This document shows positions 17,085 to 25,051 of a stretch of DNA of 29,487 nt, piece after piece; position 1 is the stretch's first letter; each line of letters opens with the position of its first letter. The notes under the pieces are model-generated. The model searched no databases, was not told the origin of the DNA, and saw only the letters and a list, made by a program, of their open reading frames with translations. The position numbers and the translations under genes are program-made. Source of the DNA: Schleiferiaceae bacterium (lineage in GTDB: Bacteria > Bacteroidota > Bacteroidia > Flavobacteriales > Schleiferiaceae); NCBI GenBank assembly GCA_025210575.1, contig JAOARK010000551.1, positions 1-29,487 of the forward strand, read 5' to 3'.

Positions 17085-18110
17085 TTAAAATACGGATGAT
17101 TCGTATAGTCGAACCAAAGCCTTGGCAGATTGTTTCCAACTGTGTTTTTTTAATAAGTCTTGGTCAGGATTAATGTTTGGCAAATCTTTCGACTTTTCAA
17201 TTGCATCAGTCAAACTATTTAAATTTTCTGGATCGAAAAACAGCGCTTTGTCTTCAAAGAAAGACTTGCTTTCAATTTTGTTACTTAGAATGAGCTTGCA
17301 GCCTTGACTCCAAGCTTCAAGGGCTACTAAACCAAACGTTTCAAAATGACTTGGCATTATCAAAGTCTCGGCTTTTTGATATTCTTCGATTAAATCTGCA
17401 GTTTCTAGATAGGGTAAAAATTCTACTTGGCTATTTGCTAATTTTTGACATTCTTCGAAATAGCTACTTTGATTTTTAGCCGCTTGTCCAATAATCTTCA
17501 ATTTCAACTCCAGGTCATTTGAAGCTTGAATAGCCATTTTTTGGTTTTTCAGTTTTTCAATTCTTCCAACGACCAAAAACCCTTCTCTCTTACCTTCAGG
17601 TTTTGTATTATTTATAAAGGATTCAGACAGTCCTAAAGGAACCATTCTAGGGGCTTGATTCGTTTTCCAGTTCTTTTGAATTCGCTGGGCTTCAGTGCTG
17701 GTGGAAGTCACTAAGAATTTTGACCTGTCAATAACTAATTGAATGGCATTTTTTTGACGCATCTGCAAATACAACCATCCTGGATAAACGTCACTACCAT
17801 TGAGCCACCTACCTATAGTTTTGGCATATTCAAGCGTATGTTGAAAGAAACCTTTACCATATTCCACAAATATGGTTGAAACTATTATGGGTGACATGAT
17901 CTTATGCAGATAAGGCAGAATGTCTGCAGGACGCCCTAAATTGAAAAAATGAATGAGGTCATATCGATTAAAAAAAATCTCTTCACCCTTTAAATGAATG
18001 TCGACTTCAATACCCATTTCTTGCAATGCATTGGCGGTTTCTTTAACTTGAATGGTATCACCTCCGGGTTGAGAAAACAGAGTTGACCTTGAAAGAAATA
18101 GGATTTTCAT
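17085..18110 (-). CDS. GT4 (GT-B) glycosyltransferase
   Basis: PGGDTIQV at the N-terminus, VGRIEKLKNQ, and PSHFETFGLVALEA (E-X7-E nucleotide-sugar motif). Confidence 0.9.
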   Translation of the reverse strand: MKILFLSRSTLFSQPGGDTIQVKETANALQEMGIEVDIHLKGEEIFFNRYDLIHFFNLGRPADILPYLHKIMSPIIVSTIFVEYGKGFFQHTLEYAKTIGRWLNGSDVYPGWLYLQMRQKNAIQLVIDRSKFLVTSTSTEAQRIQKNWKTNQAPRMVPLGLSESFINNTKPEGKREGFLVVGRIEKLKNQKMAIQASNDLELKLKIIGQAAKNQSSYFEECQKLANSQVEFLPYLETADLIEEYQKAETLIMPSHFETFGLVALEAWSQGCKLILSNKIESKSFFEDKALFFDPENLNSLTDAIEKSKDLPNINPDQDLLKKHSWKQSAKALVRLYESSVF

Positions 18111-18115
18111 AGCAA

Positions 18116-18123
18116 CGAATATA
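18116..18123 (-). promoter_or_regulatory. Possible -7 box variant TATATTCG for the GT4 operon
   Basis: One mismatch to TAnnTTTG, 5 nt upstream of the ATG at 18110. Confidence 0.4.
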
Positions 18124-18178
18124 GCTTGTTCAACTTATTTCAAAAAAGAGTTAGAAAGCACCTTAATGAAGACACTTT

Positions 18179-19546
18179 CTACTCATTGTTATTCTTTTGG
18201 AGGCTAAGTAACTCATTCGCTTTTTTATAGAATCTTTTGGTTAAAAGAGCCCCAGAAAAAGTCAATCCGGCTGCAAGCCCAATCCAAATGCCCACGATCC
18301 CCCAATTAAATACAAAAGCAAAGATGTATGCGCTTGGCAAGGCTAAAACCCAGTATGCCACGAAGGTGATTAACGTTGGAGTCTTTACATCGCTTAACCC
18401 TCTTAAGGCGCCTTGAGCGAGCACTTGAGCCCCATCACTGAGCTGAAAGAAAGTAGTTATCACCAACAGTTGAGCAGCAATGGCTATAACTTCTGGTTCA
18501 TCTGTAAAGAACGTGGGAAGAATATTTCTAGTTAATAGAAATACAATCCCGGTTACAGTCATAAAAACTAAAACCATCTTAAACAGCGTAGTTGCGGCCA
18601 ATTTGAGCTGTGGATAGTCTTTTTGACCCAACTGGTTTCCGACCCTAATACTTGCAGCAGCAGATAAACCAGATGCAGCCATGTAACTTATAGAAGCCAA
18701 AGAGATAGCAATTTGATGTGCAGCTTGAGGAAAGGCTCCAATGCTTCCAGCCATGACTGCCGAAATGGCAAATGCACCCACCTCAAAGATGTATTGCAAT
18801 CCACTGGGCAAACCAATGTTTAGAATATCCTTCATACTGCTCCATTTGTAGCGTTCTTCTTTTCTGGCAATCCAATATTTCTTGAATTTTTCTTTGTTCT
18901 TAATATAACCCCAAAGCCCTAAAAACATTAACCAACGAGAAGCTACAGTAGCATAACCGGCTCCTAATAAACCAAGTTCTGGAAAAACCCAAAGTCCCTT
19001 GATCAACATATAATTAAGAGCCACATTGATAAAGTTGGCTACCAGACTCACTCTTGTTGCAACGGCTGTATCACTTAACCCTTCTGCAAATTGTTTCAGG
19101 TTCAAGAATAACATCATTGGGATGATTCCTGTTATGATGATAAAGAAATAGGGGAGGGCAAACTCTACTACTTCTGGTTCTTGTTTTAAGTGATTGAATA
19201 AGGGACCAGCCATAAAGAGCAGTGCCATCATTACAAAACCAAAGGTTAAGTTTACCACCAAACCGTTTTTCCATAAGCGACTTATTTTGGAAATATTCCC
19301 TTCACCATCAGCATTGGCAATGAGAGGCGTAAGTCCAAATGCAATACCTACAGCAAAAACCAATGGGATGTGAAAAATGCTATTGGCCAAACTCACAGCT
19401 GCCAGTGGAATTGGACCTAACATCTTACCCACCATCAAGCTATCGGCAACGCCTACCATGATGTGACCTAAGGATCCAATCATAACTGGTCCTGCCAACT
19501 TAATGTTGCGTCTGTACTGATCCTTATGTTTTAATGCCCAATTCAT
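18179..19546 (-). CDS. MATE family efflux transporter (NorM-like)
   Basis: About 12 TMs with internal duplication; KLAGPVMIG, G..LAAVSLA, IGLPSGLQYIFEVGAF, AAHQIA, VGNQLG, FQLSDGAQV...GALRG..D. ATG at 19546 preferred over TTG at 19552. Confidence 0.92.
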   Translation of the reverse strand: MNWALKHKDQYRRNIKLAGPVMIGSLGHIMVGVADSLMVGKMLGPIPLAAVSLANSIFHIPLVFAVGIAFGLTPLIANADGEGNISKISRLWKNGLVVNLTFGFVMMALLFMAGPLFNHLKQEPEVVEFALPYFFIIITGIIPMMLFLNLKQFAEGLSDTAVATRVSLVANFINVALNYMLIKGLWVFPELGLLGAGYATVASRWLMFLGLWGYIKNKEKFKKYWIARKEERYKWSSMKDILNIGLPSGLQYIFEVGAFAISAVMAGSIGAFPQAAHQIAISLASISYMAASGLSAAASIRVGNQLGQKDYPQLKLAATTLFKMVLVFMTVTGIVFLLTRNILPTFFTDEPEVIAIAAQLLVITTFFQLSDGAQVLAQGALRGLSDVKTPTLITFVAYWVLALPSAYIFAFVFNWGIVGIWIGLAAGLTFSGALLTKRFYKKANELLSLQKNNNE

Positions 19547-19550
19547 ATTC

Positions 19551-19581
19551 AAAAAAAAACCCTGACGGCTGTCAGGGTTTT
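19551..19581 (-). terminator. Intrinsic terminator between the small acidic protein gene and the MATE gene
   Basis: Stem CCCTGAC/GTCAGGG (19560-19577) with a 4-nt loop, followed by 9 T on the minus strand. It starts 3-4 nt after the stop at 19585. Confidence 0.85.
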
Positions 19582-19584
19582 GAA

Positions 19585-19818
19585 TTAATCTTCTAATTCT
19601 TCGTAGCGGTCAACTTCCCGCTGGTAAAACTCTTCTGCCTGTTGTATTAAATTTTGCACTTCTTGAGTGGCTTCCTCTTCATTTTCATTTTCCAATGTAT
19701 CAAACCATTCCACTTCATCGTCTTCTAGATTTATGACAAATCGAGGGTATTCGGTGTGCACTATGAATACTGCATCGTCATAATCTGTGTTGTCGCCAAC
19801 TAAAAACTTTGGAATCAT
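19585..19818 (-). CDS. Small, highly acidic hypothetical protein (77 aa)
   Basis: MIPKFLVGDNTDYDDAVFIVHTEYPRF...; has its own -7 box and terminator. Start moved from 19866 to 19818 because the promoter box lies between them. Confidence 0.8.
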   Translation of the reverse strand: MIPKFLVGDNTDYDDAVFIVHTEYPRFVINLEDDEVEWFDTLENENEEEATQEVQNLIQQAEEFYQREVDRYEELED

Positions 19819-19841
19819 TTTTTGATAAAAATTAAGTTTCG

Positions 19842-19849
19842 CAAATGTA
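19842..19849 (-). promoter_or_regulatory. sigmaA -7 box TACATTTG for the small acidic protein
   Basis: Perfect TAnnTTTG, 23 nt upstream of the ATG at 19818. Confidence 0.6.
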
Positions 19850-19924
19850 GAAAAGTTTGAAAGCATTATCGTAAAAAATAACAGAGTTGATTGAAACTGT
19901 TATTTTATTGAGTATAAAGAGGAT

Positions 19925-19954
19925 AAAAAAAAGAAAGCGCCATTTGGCGCTTTT
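19925..19954 (-). terminator. Intrinsic terminator after the beta-barrel gene at 19975
   Basis: Stem AAAGCGCC/GGCGCTTT with a 4-nt loop, followed by a T-rich run on the minus strand. Confidence 0.75.
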
Positions 19955-19974
19955 AAATTGTGTTGTTTCTAAAA

Positions 19975-20646
19975 TTAATTAGCAAATCCTCCGCTTCTTC
20001 CTAAGTACCAACAAAAACCTAATGTTATTGTTTTAGAAAGCGCTAAGAATTCAAAAGTGTTATTTACCGACTTGATATCTTCCGCATCACTGTTCGTTGT
20101 TGTTGTTTGTTGCCAGCCAAACAATCCAAAGTTCATCTCTAATGCTATTGCTGGAATTAAGAAATAGGAGATACCTGTTCTTATCCCTGCGCCAACTTGC
20201 GAAACATTGTCAACAAACTCTTCATTTCCATCTCCGTCATACGATTTGTTTGCACCCCCGGCAAAACTCAGATCTACCTGACCAAAGGTGTAAAATCGTG
20301 GAGCAAAACAAGGGTGATAATAGCGACCAAAAATTCGACCACCTGTAAGTGCACGGCTACTGCTCAGTTTTAAGTCATTTTGATCTGTACCAGAAAGGGA
20401 AGCGCTATTATTTACTAATAGGGCTGCTCCAAGAGCAAACTGTGTTCCTAAAAAGTACATTCCACCGAAATCAACATTTGTTCTATTGAAACGACTATAG
20501 GTAGTTCCTAAAGAGCCCAGTTCTTCTCTCTGCATGTCATTTAATACATGGATACCACCCATCAAGGCTATGGCGCCTTTTTCAACTTGAGCATTTGTAT
20601 TAAAAAACATTGAGAGCGCGAAAATTGAAATAATAATTCTTTTCAT
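19975..20646 (-). CDS. Outer-membrane beta-barrel protein (OmpA/porin-like membrane domain)
   Basis: Signal peptide MKRIIISIFALSMFFNTNAQ; QVEKGAIALMG start typical of Bacteroidota 8-stranded barrels; GGRIFGRYY, GIRTGISYFL and ALEMNFG strands. Confidence 0.75.
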   Translation of the reverse strand: MKRIIISIFALSMFFNTNAQVEKGAIALMGGIHVLNDMQREELGSLGTTYSRFNRTNVDFGGMYFLGTQFALGAALLVNNSASLSGTDQNDLKLSSSRALTGGRIFGRYYHPCFAPRFYTFGQVDLSFAGGANKSYDGDGNEEFVDNVSQVGAGIRTGISYFLIPAIALEMNFGLFGWQQTTTTNSDAEDIKSVNNTFEFLALSKTITLGFCWYLGRSGGFAN

Positions 20647-20680
20647 GTCTTTGAGGTTTTGAGTTATACCCTCAAAATAC

Positions 20681-20716
20681 AAAAAGTCTGACCATCACTT
20701 TGACAATCAGACTTTT
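20681..20716 (-). terminator. Probable terminator after the NtrC-like gene
   Basis: AAAAGTCTGA...TCAGACTTTT inverted repeat with a long, imperfectly paired loop, and a T-run on the minus strand. Confidence 0.5.
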
Positions 20717-20743
20717 GAGTTTTAAACAATTGAAAGTTTATTC

Positions 20744-21907
20744 CTACTTATTCGCAAATAGCTGGACGTCTTTATCTGTAATGTCCTTTCCACAAAGGAT
20801 GATAAGCCGCTCTATTACGTTTCTGAATTCTCTAATATTCCCGCTCCAATCTAGTTTTTGTAGCTCAGCGATGGCTTCTGGAGTAAAATGTTTTGGAGCA
20901 TTACCGTACTCATTGGCTATTGCATGATTGAAATGATCAGTGAGCTCAGGTATATCATCCTTACGGTCATTAAGCCCCGGTACATTTATAACAATCACAC
21001 TCAAGCGGTGAAATAAATCCTCTCTAAATCGTCCTTCTGCGATTTCCTTTTTCAAGTCCTTATTGGTAGCGGCTAATACACGAACATTCACCTTAATAGA
21101 CTTGTCTCCACCTACGGGAGTAATCTTGTGCTCTTGTAATGCCCGGAGAACTTTGGCTTGAGCCGACAAACTCATATCACCAATTTCATCTAAGAATAGG
21201 GTGCCTCCATTAGCTAACTCGAATTTACCTTTTCGGTCTTTAATGGCTGAGGTAAATGCTCCTTTCTTGTGGCCGAAAAGCTCACTTTCTATAAGCTCTG
21301 AAGGGATGGCCGCGCAATTCACTTCAATCATAGGCTCTTTAGAACGATCACTTTTTTCATGTAAGTGATGCGCCACTAACTCTTTACCACTACCGTTGGG
21401 TCCCATAATCATTACACGTGCATCAGTTGGGGCAACCTTGTCAATCATATCGTTGATTTGTCCCAACGCATCTGATGATCCAACCATTTGGTATTTCTTG
21501 GTCACCTTTCTTTTTAAGACTTTGTTTTCAACCACCAAGTCTTTGCGTTCCAGGCCCATTTTAACGGTTTGTAATAGTCGATTTAAATCGGGCGGTTTAG
21601 AGATATAGTCAACCGCTCCTTTTTTGATGCAATCTACCGCGGTATCTAAATCCCCGTGTCCGGAGATCATGACTACTGCCGTTTCAGGTTTCTCTTTCAT
21701 AATGGCATCCAAGACTTCAATGCCATCGACTCCAGGCATTTTGATGTCACAAAGAACCAGATCATAGTCATCGGCTTTCACTTTTTCTATCGCTACTTTT
21801 CCGTTCTCTGCTTCATCTATTTGATAACTGCCGTCTTGTTCTGTTAATATTTTTACCAATACTCTTCTTATCGCTGCTTCGTCTTCTACAACAAGGATCT
21901 TTGCCAT
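20744..21907 (-). CDS. NtrC-family response regulator / sigma54 enhancer-binding protein (REC + AAA+, no C-terminal HTH)
   Basis: VVEDE, LCDIKMP (phospho-Asp), GPNGSGKE (Walker A), NCAAIP, ESELFGH.KGAFTSA, LFLDEIGD, FREDLFHRL and W.GNIRE.RN. It ends ~15 aa after the AAA+ domain. Confidence 0.92.
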   Translation of the reverse strand: MAKILVVEDEAAIRRVLVKILTEQDGSYQIDEAENGKVAIEKVKADDYDLVLCDIKMPGVDGIEVLDAIMKEKPETAVVMISGHGDLDTAVDCIKKGAVDYISKPPDLNRLLQTVKMGLERKDLVVENKVLKRKVTKKYQMVGSSDALGQINDMIDKVAPTDARVMIMGPNGSGKELVAHHLHEKSDRSKEPMIEVNCAAIPSELIESELFGHKKGAFTSAIKDRKGKFELANGGTLFLDEIGDMSLSAQAKVLRALQEHKITPVGGDKSIKVNVRVLAATNKDLKKEIAEGRFREDLFHRLSVIVINVPGLNDRKDDIPELTDHFNHAIANEYGNAPKHFTPEAIAELQKLDWSGNIREFRNVIERLIILCGKDITDKDVQLFANK

Positions 21908-22818
21908 ATCGATGTATTTTCTTTTAGGTTCATGATTACTCCTTCTTTGAGAGAATAATCAGAATATTTTATTTGTGTAAAGTTGTATTGCTTCTGCAGA
22001 TACAAACATAATGCCGCGGCTAAATGTATGGTATCTGAACGCATTTTAACCAAGCCTTTTCTGTTCAATCGTTCCTCAAGTGTACTTTGTACTAACTCAC
22101 CCATTAATTTCATCAGTCTTTCACTTTCGAAGGAAAGTACTTTTCCTATTGATTTTTGCTCATCAAAATTTAACATGCTGAAAAAGGATTCAAACGAACC
22201 GCTTGCTCCAATCAATGTCTTTATTGGAAAATCTTCTAAAGCTTTCATTAATGGAGCTAATTCAAGCTCTAAAAGTTCATGAAGTTTATCATTATCCACT
22301 TGATTTAATGGATTCTTTGGCTTGACATATTCCAATATTCTGGAAACGCCCAAATCAAAACTATGCATCCATACGGGATTCTGGTCTTTAACGAGAATAA
22401 ACTCTGTACTCCCGCCACCAATATCCATGATAAGATAGTCTTGATCTCGAGAACTTAGCGTCTGATTTACTCCTTGATAGATCAGCTCGGCTTCCTGTAT
22501 GCCATTAATAACATTAATCTCAATGCTTGTTTCATCTTTAATGAATGAAACGAATTCATTCTTGTTATTAGCCGAACGAATAGCAGAAGTACCAAAAGCA
22601 ACGATATCGGTAGCTCCAAATACTTTTGCGCTTTCTAGATGTTTCTGCAAGACATCCGTAGACCTATTCATGGCCTCTTGAGTTATTGTTTTTTCCTTAT
22701 AGCCCGATTGTCCAATTTTTACAGGCAGCTTTTCACTGAATAGCATGCTTTCTTTTTCAAAGTCATACACCAAGAGGTTAAAAGTATTTGAACCAAGATC
22801 AAGAATTGCTGTTATCAA
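21886..22818 (-). CDS. ppx: Ppx/GppA family phosphatase (short form, no HD domain)
   Basis: ILDLGSNT, GTSAIRSANN, G.QEAEL.Y.GV, MDIGGGSTE, IGASGS and S.YSLKEG motifs. The TTG start overlaps the upstream TGA. Confidence 0.88.
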   Translation of the reverse strand: MITAILDLGSNTFNLLVYDFEKESMLFSEKLPVKIGQSGYKEKTITQEAMNRSTDVLQKHLESAKVFGATDIVAFGTSAIRSANNKNEFVSFIKDETSIEINVINGIQEAELIYQGVNQTLSSRDQDYLIMDIGGGSTEFILVKDQNPVWMHSFDLGVSRILEYVKPKNPLNQVDNDKLHELLELELAPLMKALEDFPIKTLIGASGSFESFFSMLNFDEQKSIGKVLSFESERLMKLMGELVQSTLEERLNRKGLVKMRSDTIHLAAALCLYLQKQYNFTQIKYSDYSLKEGVIMNLKENTSIWQRSLL

Positions 22819-23693
22819 TCTGTAAAGGATTCAGGGTTTTGAGGTTGAAGGTCTTTTGGATTTTTAATCCACAAGTCTCGCTGTGGAAATGGAATGGTAA
22901 CTCCATTTTCTCTAAATTTTTTATCGATCAGAAATCGCAGATCGCTCTTGGTTCTTTCGATAGTTAGTAATTCATCCGAAAAGAAAAGCAGTTTAAAATC
23001 TAAGGAACTATTGCCAAAGTCACTAAAGAATACCAGTGGACTTGGATGTTTGTTCACTAAGTTGTGATTGTCAGCCGCTTCTAACAAAAGCCTTTTCACT
23101 AAAGAGGTATCCGATCCATAAGCTACACCCACATCAATCGCGAAACGGGTGGTTTTCTTGTTTTGCGTCCAGTTAATTACATAATTAGATGTAAGCCTTT
23201 GGTTGGGTAAAACCAGTATAATATCATCTCTCGTTCTAAGAATGGTGGTGCGTAAACCTACTTGTTCCACTTCCCCAACAATTTTATCAACTTCTACAAT
23301 GTCTCCCGCGGTAATAGAGCGTTCTGCTAATAGCACAAAACCAGCAACCCAGTCTTTAAACACATCTTGAAGTCCAAGACCCAAACCAACAAGTAGAGCT
23401 GTAGAACTGGCAAGAATTACAGTGATGTGAAACCCAACAAAGTCAAGGGACAACAGAATGGTTATGGTATAAACGAAGTAGGTGGTTAGTTGAAGAATGG
23501 CATAACCACGGCCTTCATCTAAACGAGTTCTTTTTATTCTGCGATTGATGAATTTTTTAACTAGAAGTAGAGTCAGTTTCGCTAATAAGAAGAGAACAAC
23601 AACGGCTAAGAGTTCTCCCACAAGCAAATGATGTTCACCATTACCCCATGAGATCAACTCAAAACCTAATATCTGTTCTACTTTCTCTTTCAC
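22815..23693 (-). CDS. mscS: Small-conductance mechanosensitive channel (MscS family)
   Basis: Three TMs, GLGLGLQDVFKDWVAGFVLL.ER.I..GD, V.QVGLRTT, LPNQ.L, VGVAYGSD, F.DFGNSSLDF and IPFPQRD. GTG start. Confidence 0.88.
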   Translation of the reverse strand: MKEKVEQILGFELISWGNGEHHLLVGELLAVVVLFLLAKLTLLLVKKFINRRIKRTRLDEGRGYAILQLTTYFVYTITILLSLDFVGFHITVILASSTALLVGLGLGLQDVFKDWVAGFVLLAERSITAGDIVEVDKIVGEVEQVGLRTTILRTRDDIILVLPNQRLTSNYVINWTQNKKTTRFAIDVGVAYGSDTSLVKRLLLEAADNHNLVNKHPSPLVFFSDFGNSSLDFKLLFFSDELLTIERTKSDLRFLIDKKFRENGVTIPFPQRDLWIKNPKDLQPQNPESFTD

Positions 23694-23694
23694 G

Positions 23695-25041
23695 TTAACC
23701 TTTGTATCTAATCCACTTCATCAGCTCTTTGTAGTTTACTTTCTTACCGTACATTAAAATACCCACTCTATAAATGCGAGCAGCTACCCAGGTAGAGAAT
23801 ATGAAAAATACAACAAGTAGAGCCATTGAAATAAATAAATCAGGCGTAAGACCAATAAATGGTAAGCGCACCATCATAACAATGGGAGATGTGAGTGGTA
23901 TGATAGAAACCCAAAAGGCCATGGGGCTAGCTGGATCTTCAATTACTCGCCTGGCCACCATAATAGCTACTATTAATGGAATAGTAATGGGCAGCATGAA
24001 TTGCTGTGTATCAGTTTCGCTATCTGCTGCAGAACCAATGGCCGCAAAGAATGATCCGTATAACATGTAACCACCAATAAAGAAGAAGATAAATGTCGGA
24101 ATGATCAAACCAAAAGGAATGGATTGAAAGGCAAGGAAAGCTTCTTGGGCACCGCTTAAATCTGCACCGCTTGCTTGCGATTGAGCCAACACCTCTGGCG
24201 AGAAGCCTTCAGAAAAGTACACACCATTAATAACTGAAGAAATAACAGCACTCAAAGCCACCCATATCACAATTTGTAAAATGGCCACACCACAAATACC
24301 TACTATTTTTCCCATCATTAACTGGAAAGGCTTAACCGATGAAATGATCACTTCAACAATACGGTTTGACTTCTCTTCAATTACGCCACGCATTATTTGT
24401 GCTCCGTACAAGAAAATGAAAAGGTAAATAGCAAAACCAGCTATATAACCGACTGCCATTTTTATGGGTGTGGCACTGGCTTTTTCATCTCCAGACTCTA
24501 ATGATATGGTATTCACCGAAATATCGATTTTACTTTCTTTGATCTTGTCGTAGGTCACTCCGGCTTCTAATAAGATCAACTCTGAGGCGCTTTTTTCAAT
24601 CCTTCTTTCTAAATAGCGCTGAACGGAAATGCTAATATCTTTTCTTCCATAAAGCTTACTTAAATTTAAGCTGTATTGAAGGTCAGGCTTGTCGCTTTCA
24701 CTTTTAGGAATATAAAGGAGCGCATAATATCCATCATCATTCAGGTACATCTCTTTCGCATTCTCTAATGTTGTTTCAGGAGGAAGGGTGGAGGTGAAAA
24801 TATTATTTACCGTATCGTTGGTTTTCCCCAACTGTTTGTTTCGGTAATCCTGAAAGTTCCAAACCCCTGTTTTATCCAATACCAAAACATGTTTGGTGTC
24901 TTCACCCTGCGTGGCTAGCCAAATAGGCACAACCATTATGGCTCCAAATAAAATAGGCCCCAATAAAGTCATGATTAGAAATGACTTCTTTTTTACTCTC
25001 GAAGAAAACTCGCGTTTTGCGATTAATCCAATTTTGTTCAT
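23695..25041 (-). CDS. ABC-2 type transporter permease (NatB/YhaP-like)
   Basis: IAKREF..RVKKK, large extracytoplasmic loop, GVIEEKSNRIVEVIISSV.PFQLMMGKI, IPLTSPIVMM.R and RIYRVGILMYGKK. Confidence 0.9.
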   Translation of the reverse strand: MNKIGLIAKREFSSRVKKKSFLIMTLLGPILFGAIMVVPIWLATQGEDTKHVLVLDKTGVWNFQDYRNKQLGKTNDTVNNIFTSTLPPETTLENAKEMYLNDDGYYALLYIPKSESDKPDLQYSLNLSKLYGRKDISISVQRYLERRIEKSASELILLEAGVTYDKIKESKIDISVNTISLESGDEKASATPIKMAVGYIAGFAIYLFIFLYGAQIMRGVIEEKSNRIVEVIISSVKPFQLMMGKIVGICGVAILQIVIWVALSAVISSVINGVYFSEGFSPEVLAQSQASGADLSGAQEAFLAFQSIPFGLIIPTFIFFFIGGYMLYGSFFAAIGSAADSETDTQQFMLPITIPLIVAIMVARRVIEDPASPMAFWVSIIPLTSPIVMMVRLPFIGLTPDLFISMALLVVFFIFSTWVAARIYRVGILMYGKKVNYKELMKWIRYKG

Positions 25042-25051
25042 TTCTAAGTCT

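Noticed and set aside
18179-19546. MATE gene as the Wzx/MurJ-type flippase of the neighbouring glycosyltransferases
   Set aside because: Its motifs (FEVGAF, AAHQIA, FQLSDGAQ, GALRG) match NorM-type efflux MATEs, and a separate promoter-like box precedes the GT4 genes. A flippase role cannot be fully excluded but is unsupported.
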